DNA of 64,000 nucleotides from an uncultured Methylomirabilota bacterium (lineage in GTDB: Bacteria; Methylomirabilota; Methylomirabilia; Methylomirabilales; 2-02-FULL-66-22): NCBI GenBank assembly GCA_963845565.1, contig CAWJSJ010000002.1, positions 928,001 through 992,000 on the forward strand, given 5' to 3'. A program made the position numbers and the translations under genes. The notes under the pieces are model-generated. The model was not told the origin of the DNA, ran no database searches, and saw only the letters and a list, made by a program, of their open reading frames with translations. This document shows positions 30,856-43,294 of the stretch, piece after piece (the first letter of the stretch is position 1; each line of letters opens with the position of its first letter).

Positions 30856-30959
30856 TTAGGAGCCGTTACGAAATAACCTATACATCTCTTTCTATTTCGT
30901 TACGGCTCCTTATGCCGTTTCGGAATGTCTCCGCTCAACTAATTCTTTGACAACGGCTA
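30856..30959 (-). repeat. Double-hairpin intergenic repeat, copy 2
   Basis: Reverse complement shares three identical blocks with 8091-8193. Confidence 0.85.
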
Positions 30960-31189
30960 GTGTCCTGTCTCTGAAGTTCGTTGACGATGTACCGGGCCGC
31001 AGGTCCATTCCTCCGACGCGTTGCGCCTCGTCGAGAACCGCCCGGCCTTGCTCCGGGTCGTCCCGCCTGCGGCGAGACTCCGGACCGGAGCCGGCCGGGG
31101 GTACCCATCCGCGGATGGGCTGGCGCGGCGTCCTCGGGATGGACCTGCGGCCCTGACTTATGTGGCGAATCTCTGGGACAGGACACTAG
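30957..31189. mobile_element. MITE with CTAG-bounded terminal IRs (IS630-like)
   Basis: CTAGTGTCCTGTC...GACAGGACACTAG terminal IR plus internal IR GGGCCGCAGGTCCAT/ATGGACCTGCGGCCC. Confidence 0.75.
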
Positions 31190-32283
31190 TACATGAACCG
31201 CCGCATGTGGATGTTCAGGAGGAGGCCCAGGCTGAGCATGGTTGTCAGCATGGAGGAGCCGCCGTAGCTCAAGAGGGGGAGCGGGATGCCCACGACGGGG
31301 AGCATGCCCAGGACCATGGCCACGTTGATGAACACCTGGATCGCCAGCGTGACGGTGATGCCCATGGCCAGGAGGCTGGCGAAGAAGTCGGTGGAGTCGC
31401 CGGCGATCTGGAACCCCCGGGTGATGACATAGACGAACACCAGCAGGACCAGCAGGCAGCCCAGAAAACCCCACTGCTCCGCCAGGACGGCGAACAGGAA
31501 GTCGGTGTGGTTCATGGGGAGGAAGTTCAGCTGGCTCTGCGAGGCGGCCATCCATCCCTTGCCGAACGCCCCGCCCGAGCCGACGGCGATCTTCGACTGG
31601 GCGATGTGGTAGCTGGCCCCCAGCGGGTCCAGGTCGGGATTGAGATACACCAGGATGCGCCGCCGCTGGTAATCCTTGAGGAACGCCCAGAGGAGCGGCG
31701 CCAGGACGCCGCCCGTGATGCCGAGCGGCAGCAGGTATTTCCAGTGGAGGCCGAGCAGAAGCATGATGGCGGTGGCGTTGAACACCAGCAGGAGTGCCGT
31801 CCCGAGATCGGGCTGCTTGAGCACGAGTGCAGCGCACGCCAGCGTGATGCCTGCCGGGAGCAGCATGGTCTTGGGCTGGTGCAGGATCTCCCGCCGGTCA
31901 TCGAAGTAGCGCGCCAGGAAGAGCACCAGGCTGAGCTTCATGAATTCCGACGGCTGGACGGTGATCGGTCCGATCCGGATCCAGCGTTGGGCCCCCAAGC
32001 CCGTCTTTCCCAGAACGAGCACCACCAACAGCAGGAACACGTTCAGCGCGAAGATGACGTAGGCGAAGCGTGCCACATTCCGATAGCTCACCGTGCACGC
32101 CAGGACGAGGACGAATAGCCCAACCGCCAGCCAGGTGAGCTGCCGCAGGTGCAGGGTCTGGCGAAAGGGAGAGGTGGTAAAGGCGTTGGCGCTATAGATC
32201 GACAGGACCCCGAGACACGCCATCCCCAGGATCGCGCCCGCGAAGCTCCAGTCAAAGTAGGTCAGCAACCGCCGATCGAACAT
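31186..32283 (-). CDS. rodA: Rod shape-determining protein RodA
   Basis: GAQRWI, QPSEFMK, QPDLGT, HTDF, PLLSYGGSS. Confidence 0.97.
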   Translation of the reverse strand: MFDRRLLTYFDWSFAGAILGMACLGVLSIYSANAFTTSPFRQTLHLRQLTWLAVGLFVLVLACTVSYRNVARFAYVIFALNVFLLLVVLVLGKTGLGAQRWIRIGPITVQPSEFMKLSLVLFLARYFDDRREILHQPKTMLLPAGITLACAALVLKQPDLGTALLLVFNATAIMLLLGLHWKYLLPLGITGGVLAPLLWAFLKDYQRRRILVYLNPDLDPLGASYHIAQSKIAVGSGGAFGKGWMAASQSQLNFLPMNHTDFLFAVLAEQWGFLGCLLVLLVFVYVITRGFQIAGDSTDFFASLLAMGITVTLAIQVFINVAMVLGMLPVVGIPLPLLSYGGSSMLTTMLSLGLLLNIHMRRFMY

Positions 32284-34130
32284 CAGTCTTCCAGCTCCGC
32301 TTCCTTGGGCTCGGCCACGCCGGGGCGTTCGGACGATTGGCGCGCCTCGAAGGCGGCCTGATAGACCGCCTTGGCGATCGGGGCGGCCACCAGTCCGCCG
32401 AAGCCCCCGTTCTCCACCAGGACCACCACGGCGAGCCGGGGGTTGTCCACGGGGGCGAAGGAGGCGAACCAGCCGTGGTCCTTCACGTCCGCACTCCGTT
32501 TCTCCTCCCCCTTCTTCACCACCTGCGCGGTCCCGGTCTTGCCCCCGATCTGCACGCCGGGCACCTTGGAGCGCGCGCCGGTGCCCTCCTCCACGACGCC
32601 GAGCATGGCCTGCCGCATGAACGCGAGCGTCTCCGGTTTCACGTTCACCTGGCGGAGCGCCTCCGGCTCGTACGATTCCAGGACCTCGCCCGAGAGGGCC
32701 ACGATCTTCTTGACCACCCATGGCCGGTAGATGGTCCCGCCGTTGGCGATGGCGGACACCATGGCCAGGAGCTGCATGGGCGAGGTCACCACGGCGCCCT
32801 GGCCGATGCTGGCATTCACCGTGTTGCCCGCGGTCCAGGGGGGCTCGCCACGCCGTTTCGGTTGGGGGTTGGGGAGGTTCCCCTTGGCCTCGTCGCCCAA
32901 TCCGAGGCCGGGGGCCTCGCCCAGGCCAAAGGCGCGGGAGACGCGGACGATCTCGTCGATGCCGACGCGCAGGCCCGCCTGATAGAAGTAGACGTTGCAG
33001 GAGTTGACGATGGCGCCGCGCAGATCGAGTCCGCCGTGTCCCCCCTTCTTCCAGTCGTCGAACTTCACGTTGCCGAGGTAGAACTGGCCTGCGCAGTTGA
33101 ACCGGGTCTCCGGGGTGAGGGCCCCGCTCTCCAGGCCGGCGATGGCCACGATCAGCTTGAAGATCGAGCCGGGCGGGTACTGCGCCTGGAAGGCGCGGTT
33201 CTGCAGCGGGTGGCTGGCATCCGTGGCGATGCGCTGCCACTCGTCGCCCGAGAGGCGCTGGGCAAAGAGGTTGGGGTCGAAGGAGGGCCGACTCACCATG
33301 GCCACGATCTCGCCGGTCTTTGGATTCATGGCGACGACCGTCCCCTTCTTCCCGGCGAAGGCCGCCTCGGCCGCTTCCTGGACCTTCCGGTCGATGGTCA
33401 GAAAGACGTTGGCGCCGGACCGCGGGTCGATGCGACTGGCCAGGCGGAGGGCACGGCCGCGGGCGTCCACCTCGATCTGCTCGCCGCCGTCCACACCGCG
33501 GATGAAGGCGTCGTAGCGCCGCTCGACCCCCGACTGCCCCAGGCTCTCGCCCGAGCGGAAGTCGCGGAACTCCTCGCGCTGGAGCTGCGCCTGGCTCACC
33601 TCGCTCACGTAGCCGAGCAGGTTGGCCGCCGTCCCGCCGCTGGGGTACGCGCGGATCGGGCGGATGCGGAGGTTGACCCCGGGCAGGTCGAGGCGGCGCT
33701 CCTCCACGGAGACCATCATGCCTTCATCCAGATCCTTGCGAATCAGGAGCGGTTGGTACGGCCGGGCCCGTCCCTCGGCCAGCTTGGCCTCGATGTCCCC
33801 GGTGGTCACCTTGAGAATCTCGGCCAAGGTGGCGGCTACCTCCCGGGGGTTCTTGACGTCCTCCGGCGTGGCGTAGAGGTCGAAGGTGGGCCGATTCTCG
33901 ACCAGGACCTCGCCATACCGATCCAGGATGAAGCCGCGCGGCGCCTCCACGACCCGCAGCCGGAGGCGGTTGTTGGTCGACAGGGTGAAGTAGTGATCGC
34001 CTTCCAGGATCTGGAGATACCAGAGACGGAGGAGCAGCACCAGACAGCCGATGCCGACGCAGAGCAGGGCTTTGCGCAGGCGCACGGGCAAGGCCTGGAC
34101 CGGGGACAGATGCCGGAACGTTCCTCTCAT
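32283..34130 (-). CDS. mrdA: Penicillin-binding protein 2
   Basis: APRGFILDR, PGSIFK (SxxK), SCN, KTGT. Confidence 0.97.
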   Translation of the reverse strand: MRGTFRHLSPVQALPVRLRKALLCVGIGCLVLLLRLWYLQILEGDHYFTLSTNNRLRLRVVEAPRGFILDRYGEVLVENRPTFDLYATPEDVKNPREVAATLAEILKVTTGDIEAKLAEGRARPYQPLLIRKDLDEGMMVSVEERRLDLPGVNLRIRPIRAYPSGGTAANLLGYVSEVSQAQLQREEFRDFRSGESLGQSGVERRYDAFIRGVDGGEQIEVDARGRALRLASRIDPRSGANVFLTIDRKVQEAAEAAFAGKKGTVVAMNPKTGEIVAMVSRPSFDPNLFAQRLSGDEWQRIATDASHPLQNRAFQAQYPPGSIFKLIVAIAGLESGALTPETRFNCAGQFYLGNVKFDDWKKGGHGGLDLRGAIVNSCNVYFYQAGLRVGIDEIVRVSRAFGLGEAPGLGLGDEAKGNLPNPQPKRRGEPPWTAGNTVNASIGQGAVVTSPMQLLAMVSAIANGGTIYRPWVVKKIVALSGEVLESYEPEALRQVNVKPETLAFMRQAMLGVVEEGTGARSKVPGVQIGGKTGTAQVVKKGEEKRSADVKDHGWFASFAPVDNPRLAVVVLVENGGFGGLVAAPIAKAVYQAAFEARQSSERPGVAEPKEAELED

Positions 34131-34606
34131 GTGGCTCGCATCAGCGCAGCGCGCACCTGGGGCACTCGCAGCAACAGGAACCCAACCACGGCAGTGTACA
34201 GCACCTCGGGCAACATGACCCCAAGGGCCGGCAGGAGCGGGGCAAAGCCCAGGAAGAAGACCAGGAGGGCCAACGTCACGACGCCCGCGCCGGCTCCGCC
34301 GGCCAGGAGCAGCCAGAACTGCGCCAGGGGTTTCTCGGTGTGCAGATCATGACTCAGCCAGGCTGTCGCACAGCCGATCAGGCTGTACGTGAAGGCCCGC
34401 AGCCCCAGGGGGCCGCCCGACAACGCGTCCTGGCAGAGGCCGACCAGGAACCCCTGGATCGTGGCCGCCTCCGGACTGACGCGGGGGCTGACCAGGAAAA
34501 TCAGCAGCAGGAAGAGGTCGGGCCGAATGCCGCCCACACTGATGGGTCCGAGCAGCACCGCCTGGACCGAGGCGGTGGCGAGCAAACCGAAGACGAACAG
34601 CTTCAT
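34127..34606 (-). CDS. mreD: Rod shape-determining protein MreD
   Basis: PDLFL, GLCQDALSGGPLG; position between mreC and mrdA. Confidence 0.9.
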   Translation of the reverse strand: MKLFVFGLLATASVQAVLLGPISVGGIRPDLFLLLIFLVSPRVSPEAATIQGFLVGLCQDALSGGPLGLRAFTYSLIGCATAWLSHDLHTEKPLAQFWLLLAGGAGAGVVTLALLVFFLGFAPLLPALGVMLPEVLYTAVVGFLLLRVPQVRAALMRAT

Positions 34607-35472
34607 GGCTGCGGGCGGCTCCCGGCCTCGAAGCCGTCACGTTGCTCCGCCACCATCAGGATCAGCACCTCTTCCAGCCGGCCAAGATCCACTGTGGGCT
34701 GCAGGACGGCCTCCAGGAACAAGGCGCCGCTCTTGCGCTCCACGGCGGTGACGCGACCCACCGGGATGCCCTTGGGGAAGACGCCGCCCATGCCCGAGGT
34801 CACCACCTCGTCCCCGACGGCGACGTCCGCCAGGAGGGGGAGGTAGCGCATTCTCAAGCCGGCGCCCAGATTGCCGGACACGATCCCGGTGACCCGCGTC
34901 CGCTGCAGCAGGCCGCCGCTGGCGCTGACCGGGTCGGTGACGAGCTGGACCTTCGCCGTGTAGGGGGTCACCTCGACCACGCGGCCGACCAGGCCCTCCG
35001 GCGCCACCACCGGAAAGTTCCGCCGCAGCCCGGCTTGGCTCCCCCGGTCGATGAGGATGGTCTTGAACCAGTTGGTGGCGTCCTTGCCCACGATCCGGGC
35101 TGCCAGGTAGTTCGCCCGGGAGGTCTCCCGCATGGCCAGCAGACCCTGCAGGCGCTGGGTCTCCAGGGCGTGCTCTTCGAGTTGGCTGATACGGCGTTGC
35201 AGGATGGCCGACTCCCGCTGCAGGCGCTGGTTCTCCTCGCGCAGCGCGCGGAGGTCCACGTAGTCGTGCCACACGCGGCCCAAGCCTCCCGCGGCGACGG
35301 CGGTGACCTTGATGAACGGGGAGACGACGAACAGGATGGCCTGGCGTGCAAAGGAGAGCGCGGCGTGGTCGTGCCGGACCTGCACGGTCATGAGCACGAA
35401 CGCGACGAGCAGGGCGAGGGCCAGAATGAGAACCCGGCGATAGCGCGACACAAACCGCCAGACGATGGTCAC
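34603..35472 (-). CDS. mreC: Rod shape-determining protein MreC
   Basis: TM plus coiled coil, GLVGRV, TSGMGGVFPKGIPVG. Confidence 0.95.
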   Translation of the reverse strand: MTIVWRFVSRYRRVLILALALLVAFVLMTVQVRHDHAALSFARQAILFVVSPFIKVTAVAAGGLGRVWHDYVDLRALREENQRLQRESAILQRRISQLEEHALETQRLQGLLAMRETSRANYLAARIVGKDATNWFKTILIDRGSQAGLRRNFPVVAPEGLVGRVVEVTPYTAKVQLVTDPVSASGGLLQRTRVTGIVSGNLGAGLRMRYLPLLADVAVGDEVVTSGMGGVFPKGIPVGRVTAVERKSGALFLEAVLQPTVDLGRLEEVLILMVAEQRDGFEAGSRPQP

Positions 35473-35562
35473 AGCATCCGCCTCGGCCGCCGCCGCCCGG
35501 TCGCCCCGGCGGGGGCGGCGGCGGCGATCGTTCTCCCGACCGCGCCCGCCCCGCGGGGTGGC

Positions 35563-37788
<2,226 letters not shown>

Positions 37789-37829
37789 GCCCGCGCTCCC
37801 CGCGAACAGCGATTCGCACACACTGCGGA

Positions 37830-38147
37830 CTAGGGATGCGACGTGGCGGCCGTCCCGGGCTGGCCGGCAGCCGCCAGAGCGGTGGGTCGTGCGGGGCGGG
37901 GATAGATCCGCTGCCATGCCTCGTGCTTCGTGATGATGATCTTGGAGAGCGACGACGGCTCTGCCCGCAGGTCCCGCACCCGCTGGAAGTCCTGAACCAT
38001 ACCCACGAGATAGGTGAGCAGCAGGCCGCCCAGGACGAGCTGGGTCATGCCCCACCAGGCGTGCGGCGAGACCGCCACATTGGCAGGGGCGTCCGGAAGC
38101 TTGGCGAGAGCCGTCTCGACCTGAGTCAACGTGTATTCAAAGGACAT
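37830..38147 (-). CDS. Hypothetical small membrane protein
   Basis: GGAG RBS, one hydrophobic helix, GC3-biased codons. Confidence 0.55.
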   Translation of the reverse strand: MSFEYTLTQVETALAKLPDAPANVAVSPHAWWGMTQLVLGGLLLTYLVGMVQDFQRVRDLRAEPSSLSKIIITKHEAWQRIYPRPARPTALAAAGQPGTAATSHP

Positions 38148-38535
38148 GGCTGGGTTTCTCCCTGTCCGTCCGGGAAAGAGACACGTGCCCGCCGGGCTGG
38201 CGCGCTCCATCCGGGGATCACCGGATTTGTTCCGCGACGTGGAGGCCTCACACGGGTCGTGTGCCTTAATGGTTTGACCCGTGGGACGTCCGCCTCAGGA
38301 GGATGAAGGATAGAATAAGTCCGGATACTGAGAAGATTCGGCGAGGCGGCCGAAAGAGGCGATCTGAATGTCTGTGTATCGTGTAAGGTAGGGGAAGGGT
38401 ACCCGGATCAGTCTCCTGTGTCAATCGATTTCTTGGGGGTGTGACTCGCATGGCAACTAGCCCTGGGGGCGACGGTCCCGTGTACGGCCAAGCAGCCTGG
38501 CAGAAGGCGGAGCGAGAGGGATCAGGGGGTAGCCG

Positions 38536-39829
38536 ATGAGTAGTCCCACGGACGGCATCCCAGAGTACCCCCGCCTGCGCCCGGTGGAGGCCGTTCCGGC
38601 CACCATCCAGGGGCAGGATGTCCTCTGTCTCCGCGACCCCATGCACTACAGCGATATGGTGGTGTCCGTGCCACCCCAGACCGCCGCCATCCTGGAGCTG
38701 TTCGACGGAGCACATTCTCTCCAGGACATCCAGGAGGCGATCGGCCGGCGGTTCGGGATGCTTCTGGCCCGCGAGCAACTTATGGAGGTGGTGCGGTCGC
38801 TGGACGAGTGTCTGTTGCTGGAGAGCCCGCATTTCGCCGGCCACCGGGAGGCGGTGGAGCGGGACTTCCGCCAGGCGCCGCAGCGCCCGGCCCGTCTGGC
38901 CGGAAAAAGCTACCCCGCCGAGCCGGAGGCGCTGCGACGCGAGCTGGACGGCTATTTCGGCGCGACCGAGGGACCCGGGGACACGCTCCCCAGCCCGGCG
39001 GCGGCACGGCTCCGCGGCCTGGTCGTTCCCTCACATCGATTTCCCCCGCGGCGGGCCCTGCTACGCGTGGGGGTACCGGGAGCTGGCGGGGTCCCCTCCG
39101 GCGGACCGCTATATCATCCTGGGCACGGTGCACGTTCCGATCGCCCAGCCCTTCGCGCTCACCCGCAAAGATTTCGAGACGCCCCTGGGACCGGCGGAGG
39201 CGGACCAGGAATTCCTGGAGGCGCTGCTGGCGCGGGTCGGCCCTGGGTACCTCAAGGACGAATTCGCCCACCGCGGGGAGCATTCCATCGAGTTCCAGGC
39301 GGTGTTCCTCCGGCACGTGATCCCCGCCGGGCGACCGGTGCGGATCGTGCCGGTCCTCTGCGGGTCGTTCCATCAGCAGGTGGAGGCGCGATGCGCGCCG
39401 GCGCCGTGCGGGCAGATGGAAACGTTCCTCGGGGCGCTTCGGGACACCATGGCGGCCGTTGGTGGACGCACCGTGATCGTCGCGAGCGCCGACCTTGCCC
39501 ACGTCGGGCCCCAGTTCGGCGATCCGCGGCCGCTGACGCCGGGGCAGCTCCGCGAGCTCGACGCGGCGGATCGCCGGATGCTCTCGTCCGCGGAGGCCGG
39601 CGACGCCGAGGGCTTCTTCCGGGCCGTGGCAGCAGACGGCGACCGCCGGCACATCTGCGGTCTGCCCCCCATCTATGCGGCGCTACGGATCCTGGGCGGC
39701 CACCCGGGCCGGCTCATCCGGTACGGCCAGTGGCCGGATCCGAACGGCACGGTCACGTTTGCCGCGCTCGCCTGGTACGCGCCAGATGGCGGGCGTGGCG
39801 AGCCACGAGCCGTGAGCCACGAGCCTTGA
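38536..39829 (+). pseudogene. amrB: AmmeMemoRadiSam system protein B (Memo) with N-terminal extension; single-base frameshift near 39028 (possibly a sequencing error)
   Basis: AGKSYP then VV(P)HIDF, FETPLG, HRGEHSIEFQ, ASADLAHVG, ICG split across two frames. Confidence 0.85.
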
Positions 39830-40251
39830 ACGCGGCGCTGCCGTCTGACCCGGGGGGCGGCCGGGTGCCTACCACGCCCGGCGATGTGTTGCGGCAGCTT
39901 GTCGAGGCGCTGGAGCGCTGGGGGGAACTGTTTCTCCGCGTGGCGGACGAGGAGCGGGTGCCGGCAGCGGAGCAGGTGCTGGGTGGGCTGGTGGACTGGA
40001 TGGGGAACGGCCTCCTGGACGGCTGGCTGCACCTGCCGATCCCGCGCTTCGAGGCCATCAGCGATCTGGCGGAGGAGTTGCGTGAGGTGTCCCAGGCCTA
40101 CCTGGTTCGGTTGCAGCAGGCGCCGCCTGCCTGCTCTGCCGAGGAGCGCATGGCGCACGAGGCGGCCATTCGCTCGATCATGACCCGCATGCAAGCCCTC
40201 GCCGTTCCCAACCCCCAATCCCCAACCCCGAACCCCAAGGGTGGCCCATGA
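39826..40251 (+). CDS. Hypothetical helical protein
   Basis: TTG start overlapping the Memo stop; coherent amphipathic sequence. Confidence 0.55.
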   Translation: MNAALPSDPGGGRVPTTPGDVLRQLVEALERWGELFLRVADEERVPAAEQVLGGLVDWMGNGLLDGWLHLPIPRFEAISDLAEELREVSQAYLVRLQQAPPACSAEERMAHEAAIRSIMTRMQALAVPNPQSPTPNPKGGP

Positions 40252-40487
40252 CTATTCGCCGGTGGATCGAGAGGCGGCTCTGGGGCCGCGGCCGCGCGGT
40301 GCAGTACGTGTTCATCCATCCGACCTGCGGCCAGGCGGACGTCGAGGCGGGCTACCTACCCGAGTGGGGCCACCCGAAGTTTCTCTGCCGCCGCTGCGGG
40401 GTCGCCTTCGACGAGGCGAGCGCTCGGCTGGACTGGCAGGGCGATCGGCCGCCCCTCTCCGGCTCCCCTCCAGCCACCAGGAGCTGA
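40248..40487 (+). CDS. Small hypothetical protein with HxxC/CxxC zinc-binding motif
   Basis: ATGA overlap with upstream ORF; HPTCG...CRRCG. Confidence 0.6.
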   Translation: MTIRRWIERRLWGRGRAVQYVFIHPTCGQADVEAGYLPEWGHPKFLCRRCGVAFDEASARLDWQGDRPPLSGSPPATRS

Positions 40488-40557
40488 TTGCTGACCGCTG
40501 ATCGCTGAATGCTGATGGCTGACCGCTGACCGCTGTGTGCGGAGCGCAGGAGCCCAC

Positions 40558-41718
40558 ATGTATGACCTGGTGATCCGAAACGGCCTGGTGATCGACCCCG
40601 CGCAGGGGCTGTCCGAGAAGCGCGACCTGGGGATCCAAGCAGGTAGGATCGTATCGGTCGCGCCGGAGATCGCCCCCGATGCGGCCTGGGACTCGCTGGA
40701 CGCCTCGGGCTACCTGGTGACGCCGGGTCTGATCGACATCCATGTCCACGTGTATCCCGGCGTGAGTCATTACGGGGTCTCGCCGGACGCCACCTGCCTG
40801 GCCCGCGGGGTGACGACCGTCTGCGACGCGGGCTCCGCCGGGGCGGACACCTTCGACGGATTGCGGCGGTACGTCATCGACGTCTCCGAGACGCGGGTGC
40901 TGGCGTTCCTGAACATCGCCGCCATCGGGATGGTGAGCCCGCTGGACAACGAGCTGGAGGACCTCCGGCACGCCAGCCCGGAGCGGGCGATCGGTGTCGT
41001 CGAGCGGCACCGGGACGTGATCCAGGGGATCAAAGCCCGTCTGTCGCGTCCCAACGTGGGGCAGAACGGCCTGGAGCCGCTCCGGCTCGCCCGCCGCGCC
41101 GCGGAAGCCGTGGGGCTGCCGATCATGGTTCACGTGGGCGACACTCCATCGCCGCTCGGGGACATCCTGGCGGAGCTGCGCCCCGGCGACCTCGTGACGC
41201 ACTGCTTCCACGGCCGGGCGCACGGCATCCTGGACGACCACGGGGCCGTGCGGCCGGAGGTGACGGAGGCGGCCCGCAAGGGGATCATCTTCGACGTGGG
41301 GCACGGCGTCGGCAGCTTCAGCTTCGCGGTGGCGCGCAGCGCCCTGGCGCAGGGGCTGGTGCCGGCCACCATCAGCAGCGACCTGCACCACTACAACGTG
41401 AACGGCCCGGTGTTCGACCTGGCCACCACCATGTCGAAGTTCCTCCTGCTCGGGCTGCCGCTGCACGAGGTGCTGGCCAAGGCCACGTCGGTCCCGTCAC
41501 GCCTGTTGGGGCTCGACGATCGGCTGGGCGCCATCCGCGAAGGGTACCTGGCAGACATCACGGTCTTCAGGCTGGCAGAGGGAGAGTTCGAGTTCGAGGA
41601 CAGCATGAAGCAGCGCGTGATCGGGCGGCAAAGGCTCGAGCCGGTAGCGGTGATCCGCCGGGGAAGGATCTACCGTAGCGGACTCCGTGTCCAGCGCCGG
41701 ATCGGCCACCGATATTAA
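40558..41718 (+). CDS. Amidohydrolase/deacetylase (dihydroorotase-like family)
   Basis: PGLIDIHVH, DAGSAG, THCFHG, DVGHG.GSF, ISSDLH. Confidence 0.92.
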   Translation: MYDLVIRNGLVIDPAQGLSEKRDLGIQAGRIVSVAPEIAPDAAWDSLDASGYLVTPGLIDIHVHVYPGVSHYGVSPDATCLARGVTTVCDAGSAGADTFDGLRRYVIDVSETRVLAFLNIAAIGMVSPLDNELEDLRHASPERAIGVVERHRDVIQGIKARLSRPNVGQNGLEPLRLARRAAEAVGLPIMVHVGDTPSPLGDILAELRPGDLVTHCFHGRAHGILDDHGAVRPEVTEAARKGIIFDVGHGVGSFSFAVARSALAQGLVPATISSDLHHYNVNGPVFDLATTMSKFLLLGLPLHEVLAKATSVPSRLLGLDDRLGAIREGYLADITVFRLAEGEFEFEDSMKQRVIGRQRLEPVAVIRRGRIYRSGLRVQRRIGHRY

Positions 41719-41727
41719 ACAGTGCGA

Positions 41728-41843
<116 letters not shown>

Positions 41844-42173
41844 ATACGGCTTCCGTATCAGGGACGTAATAAAACCATGCGGGGCCAAAGCCGTCAAGCG
41901 AAAAATCCCCCCGCCTGTTCGCCTCCCCGCGTCCCGCCCGTCTTTTTCATTGCCTCTGTCTGTTCTGCCTTCTGCCCACTGCCAGCTGCCCGCTGCTCCC
42001 ACCTTCCCGCTCGCTGTATCTCTTCGTGTTGCGTGGCGTATCCTTTCGATGACAACAGCGGGGCTACCGGCGGGGAGCGCGTTGGGCCCCGCGGAAGATC
42101 CTCGCACGCCGCAAGCGGGCAACGATGCGAGGATGCGACGGCACGGCCCTCCGCGTTCCGGCCGAACCAAGGA

Positions 42174-42188
42174 CGGTACGGTAGTTGC
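42174..42188 (+). promoter_or_regulatory. Putative sigma54 -24/-12 promoter
   Basis: CGGTACGGTAGTTGC (GG-N10-GC). Confidence 0.55.
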
Positions 42189-42325
42189 TCTCTTGCGCGG
42201 GGTACGCGGAAAGAACGCGTGACGAAATCCTGGAAAGGAGGTGAGATCCCATGGGCCAATCGTGTGGGGACCGAGGAGGTTGATCTTCAGCATGCTGGAA
42301 GGACCGGCAAGAAGTGGAGAGGAAC

Positions 42326-42667
42326 ATGAAGACGTCGAGAATGATAGTAGTAGTGGCGGTGCTCCTGGCGGGGGCTCCCGTGTTCGCCCAGACGGCTGGG
42401 CAACCCGTCGAGCCCGGAACGGTCAACATGCCCGAGGGCGGGGTGCATCAAGCCGAGATGTCGGTCACGGGCAGGATCACGGAACTCGATCTGTCCGCTG
42501 GAACCGTGACCCTCGACAACGGGACGGAGTTTACGCTCGCGCCGTCCCTGCAGTTCACGAGCTTCCCGGCCCTGGGGCAAGACGTCGAAGTGCTGTACGA
42601 CGAGCAGGGGGGAAAGCGGGTGGCGCGCTCCATTGACCAGAGCGTACACGGGGGCAATGCTGACTAA
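42326..42667 (+). CDS. Small secreted OB-fold-like protein (DUF1344-like)
   Basis: Signal peptide ending VFA; GRITELD..GTVTLDNGTEF. Confidence 0.75.
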   Translation: MKTSRMIVVVAVLLAGAPVFAQTAGQPVEPGTVNMPEGGVHQAEMSVTGRITELDLSAGTVTLDNGTEFTLAPSLQFTSFPALGQDVEVLYDEQGGKRVARSIDQSVHGGNAD

Positions 42668-43279
42668 CCCGGGGACCATCCGCACGCCTCAACCGGGATC
42701 CTAAAGCCGGTCTCGCTCGCCCAACCGGACCGCTGAACAACCAGTGCCGGCCGGGCCGGCGACAGCGGAGATTGACGCACTCGGGGTCCTTGGGGGGCAG
42801 AAGGGGGGCGGCCGCCACTGGAGCGGCCGCCCAAGGCAACACCAAGGTCGAGTGCTGCAAGGTGTGATAGCAGCGCCCCTGGTTGTGCTGAAAATAGTGG
42901 GGCTCGAGTTCCCACTCGCCTCCTCTGGTCCAGTTACCTTTTCCCCTCTCGCCAGCTTTCTGTCACCTGCCTCTGCAAACTGCCAGCTCTTCATCATCCG
43001 TCTTCCCATTGCAATTGACCAATTGCCTAATCGCCAATCGACACGCTCCCGCTTCCCGCTCGCTGCCAACTGCCAGCTGCCAACTGCCAGCTGCCGCCTG
43101 CCAGCTAGCCTCCACCCGGTGTCTCCATTCTCGTTCCACCGTGTCTCTCTTCCAAGACACCAGCGGCCCGACCGGTGCCGGGCGCGCCGGGCCCCTCGGA
43201 CGATCCTCGCGCTCCCGAAGCGTGTCACGGCGCGAGGATTCGAAGACGCGGCTCGGCGGAATCGTGGTCGGGCAGCAGA

Positions 43280-43294
43280 CGGTACGGCAATTGC
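43280..43294 (+). promoter_or_regulatory. Putative sigma54 -24/-12 promoter
   Basis: CGGTACGGCAATTGC, near-identical to the 42174 site. Confidence 0.55.

Noticed and set aside
38250..38300. Hairpin CACGGGTC...GACCCGTG as a ZTP or c-di-GMP riboswitch
   Set aside because: Missing the conserved CTGGCG or GAAA-tetraloop/receptor elements.
38536..40251. 571-aa fusion ORF
   Set aside because: Artefact of the Memo frameshift joining the Memo N-terminus to a separate downstream ORF via an out-of-frame stretch.
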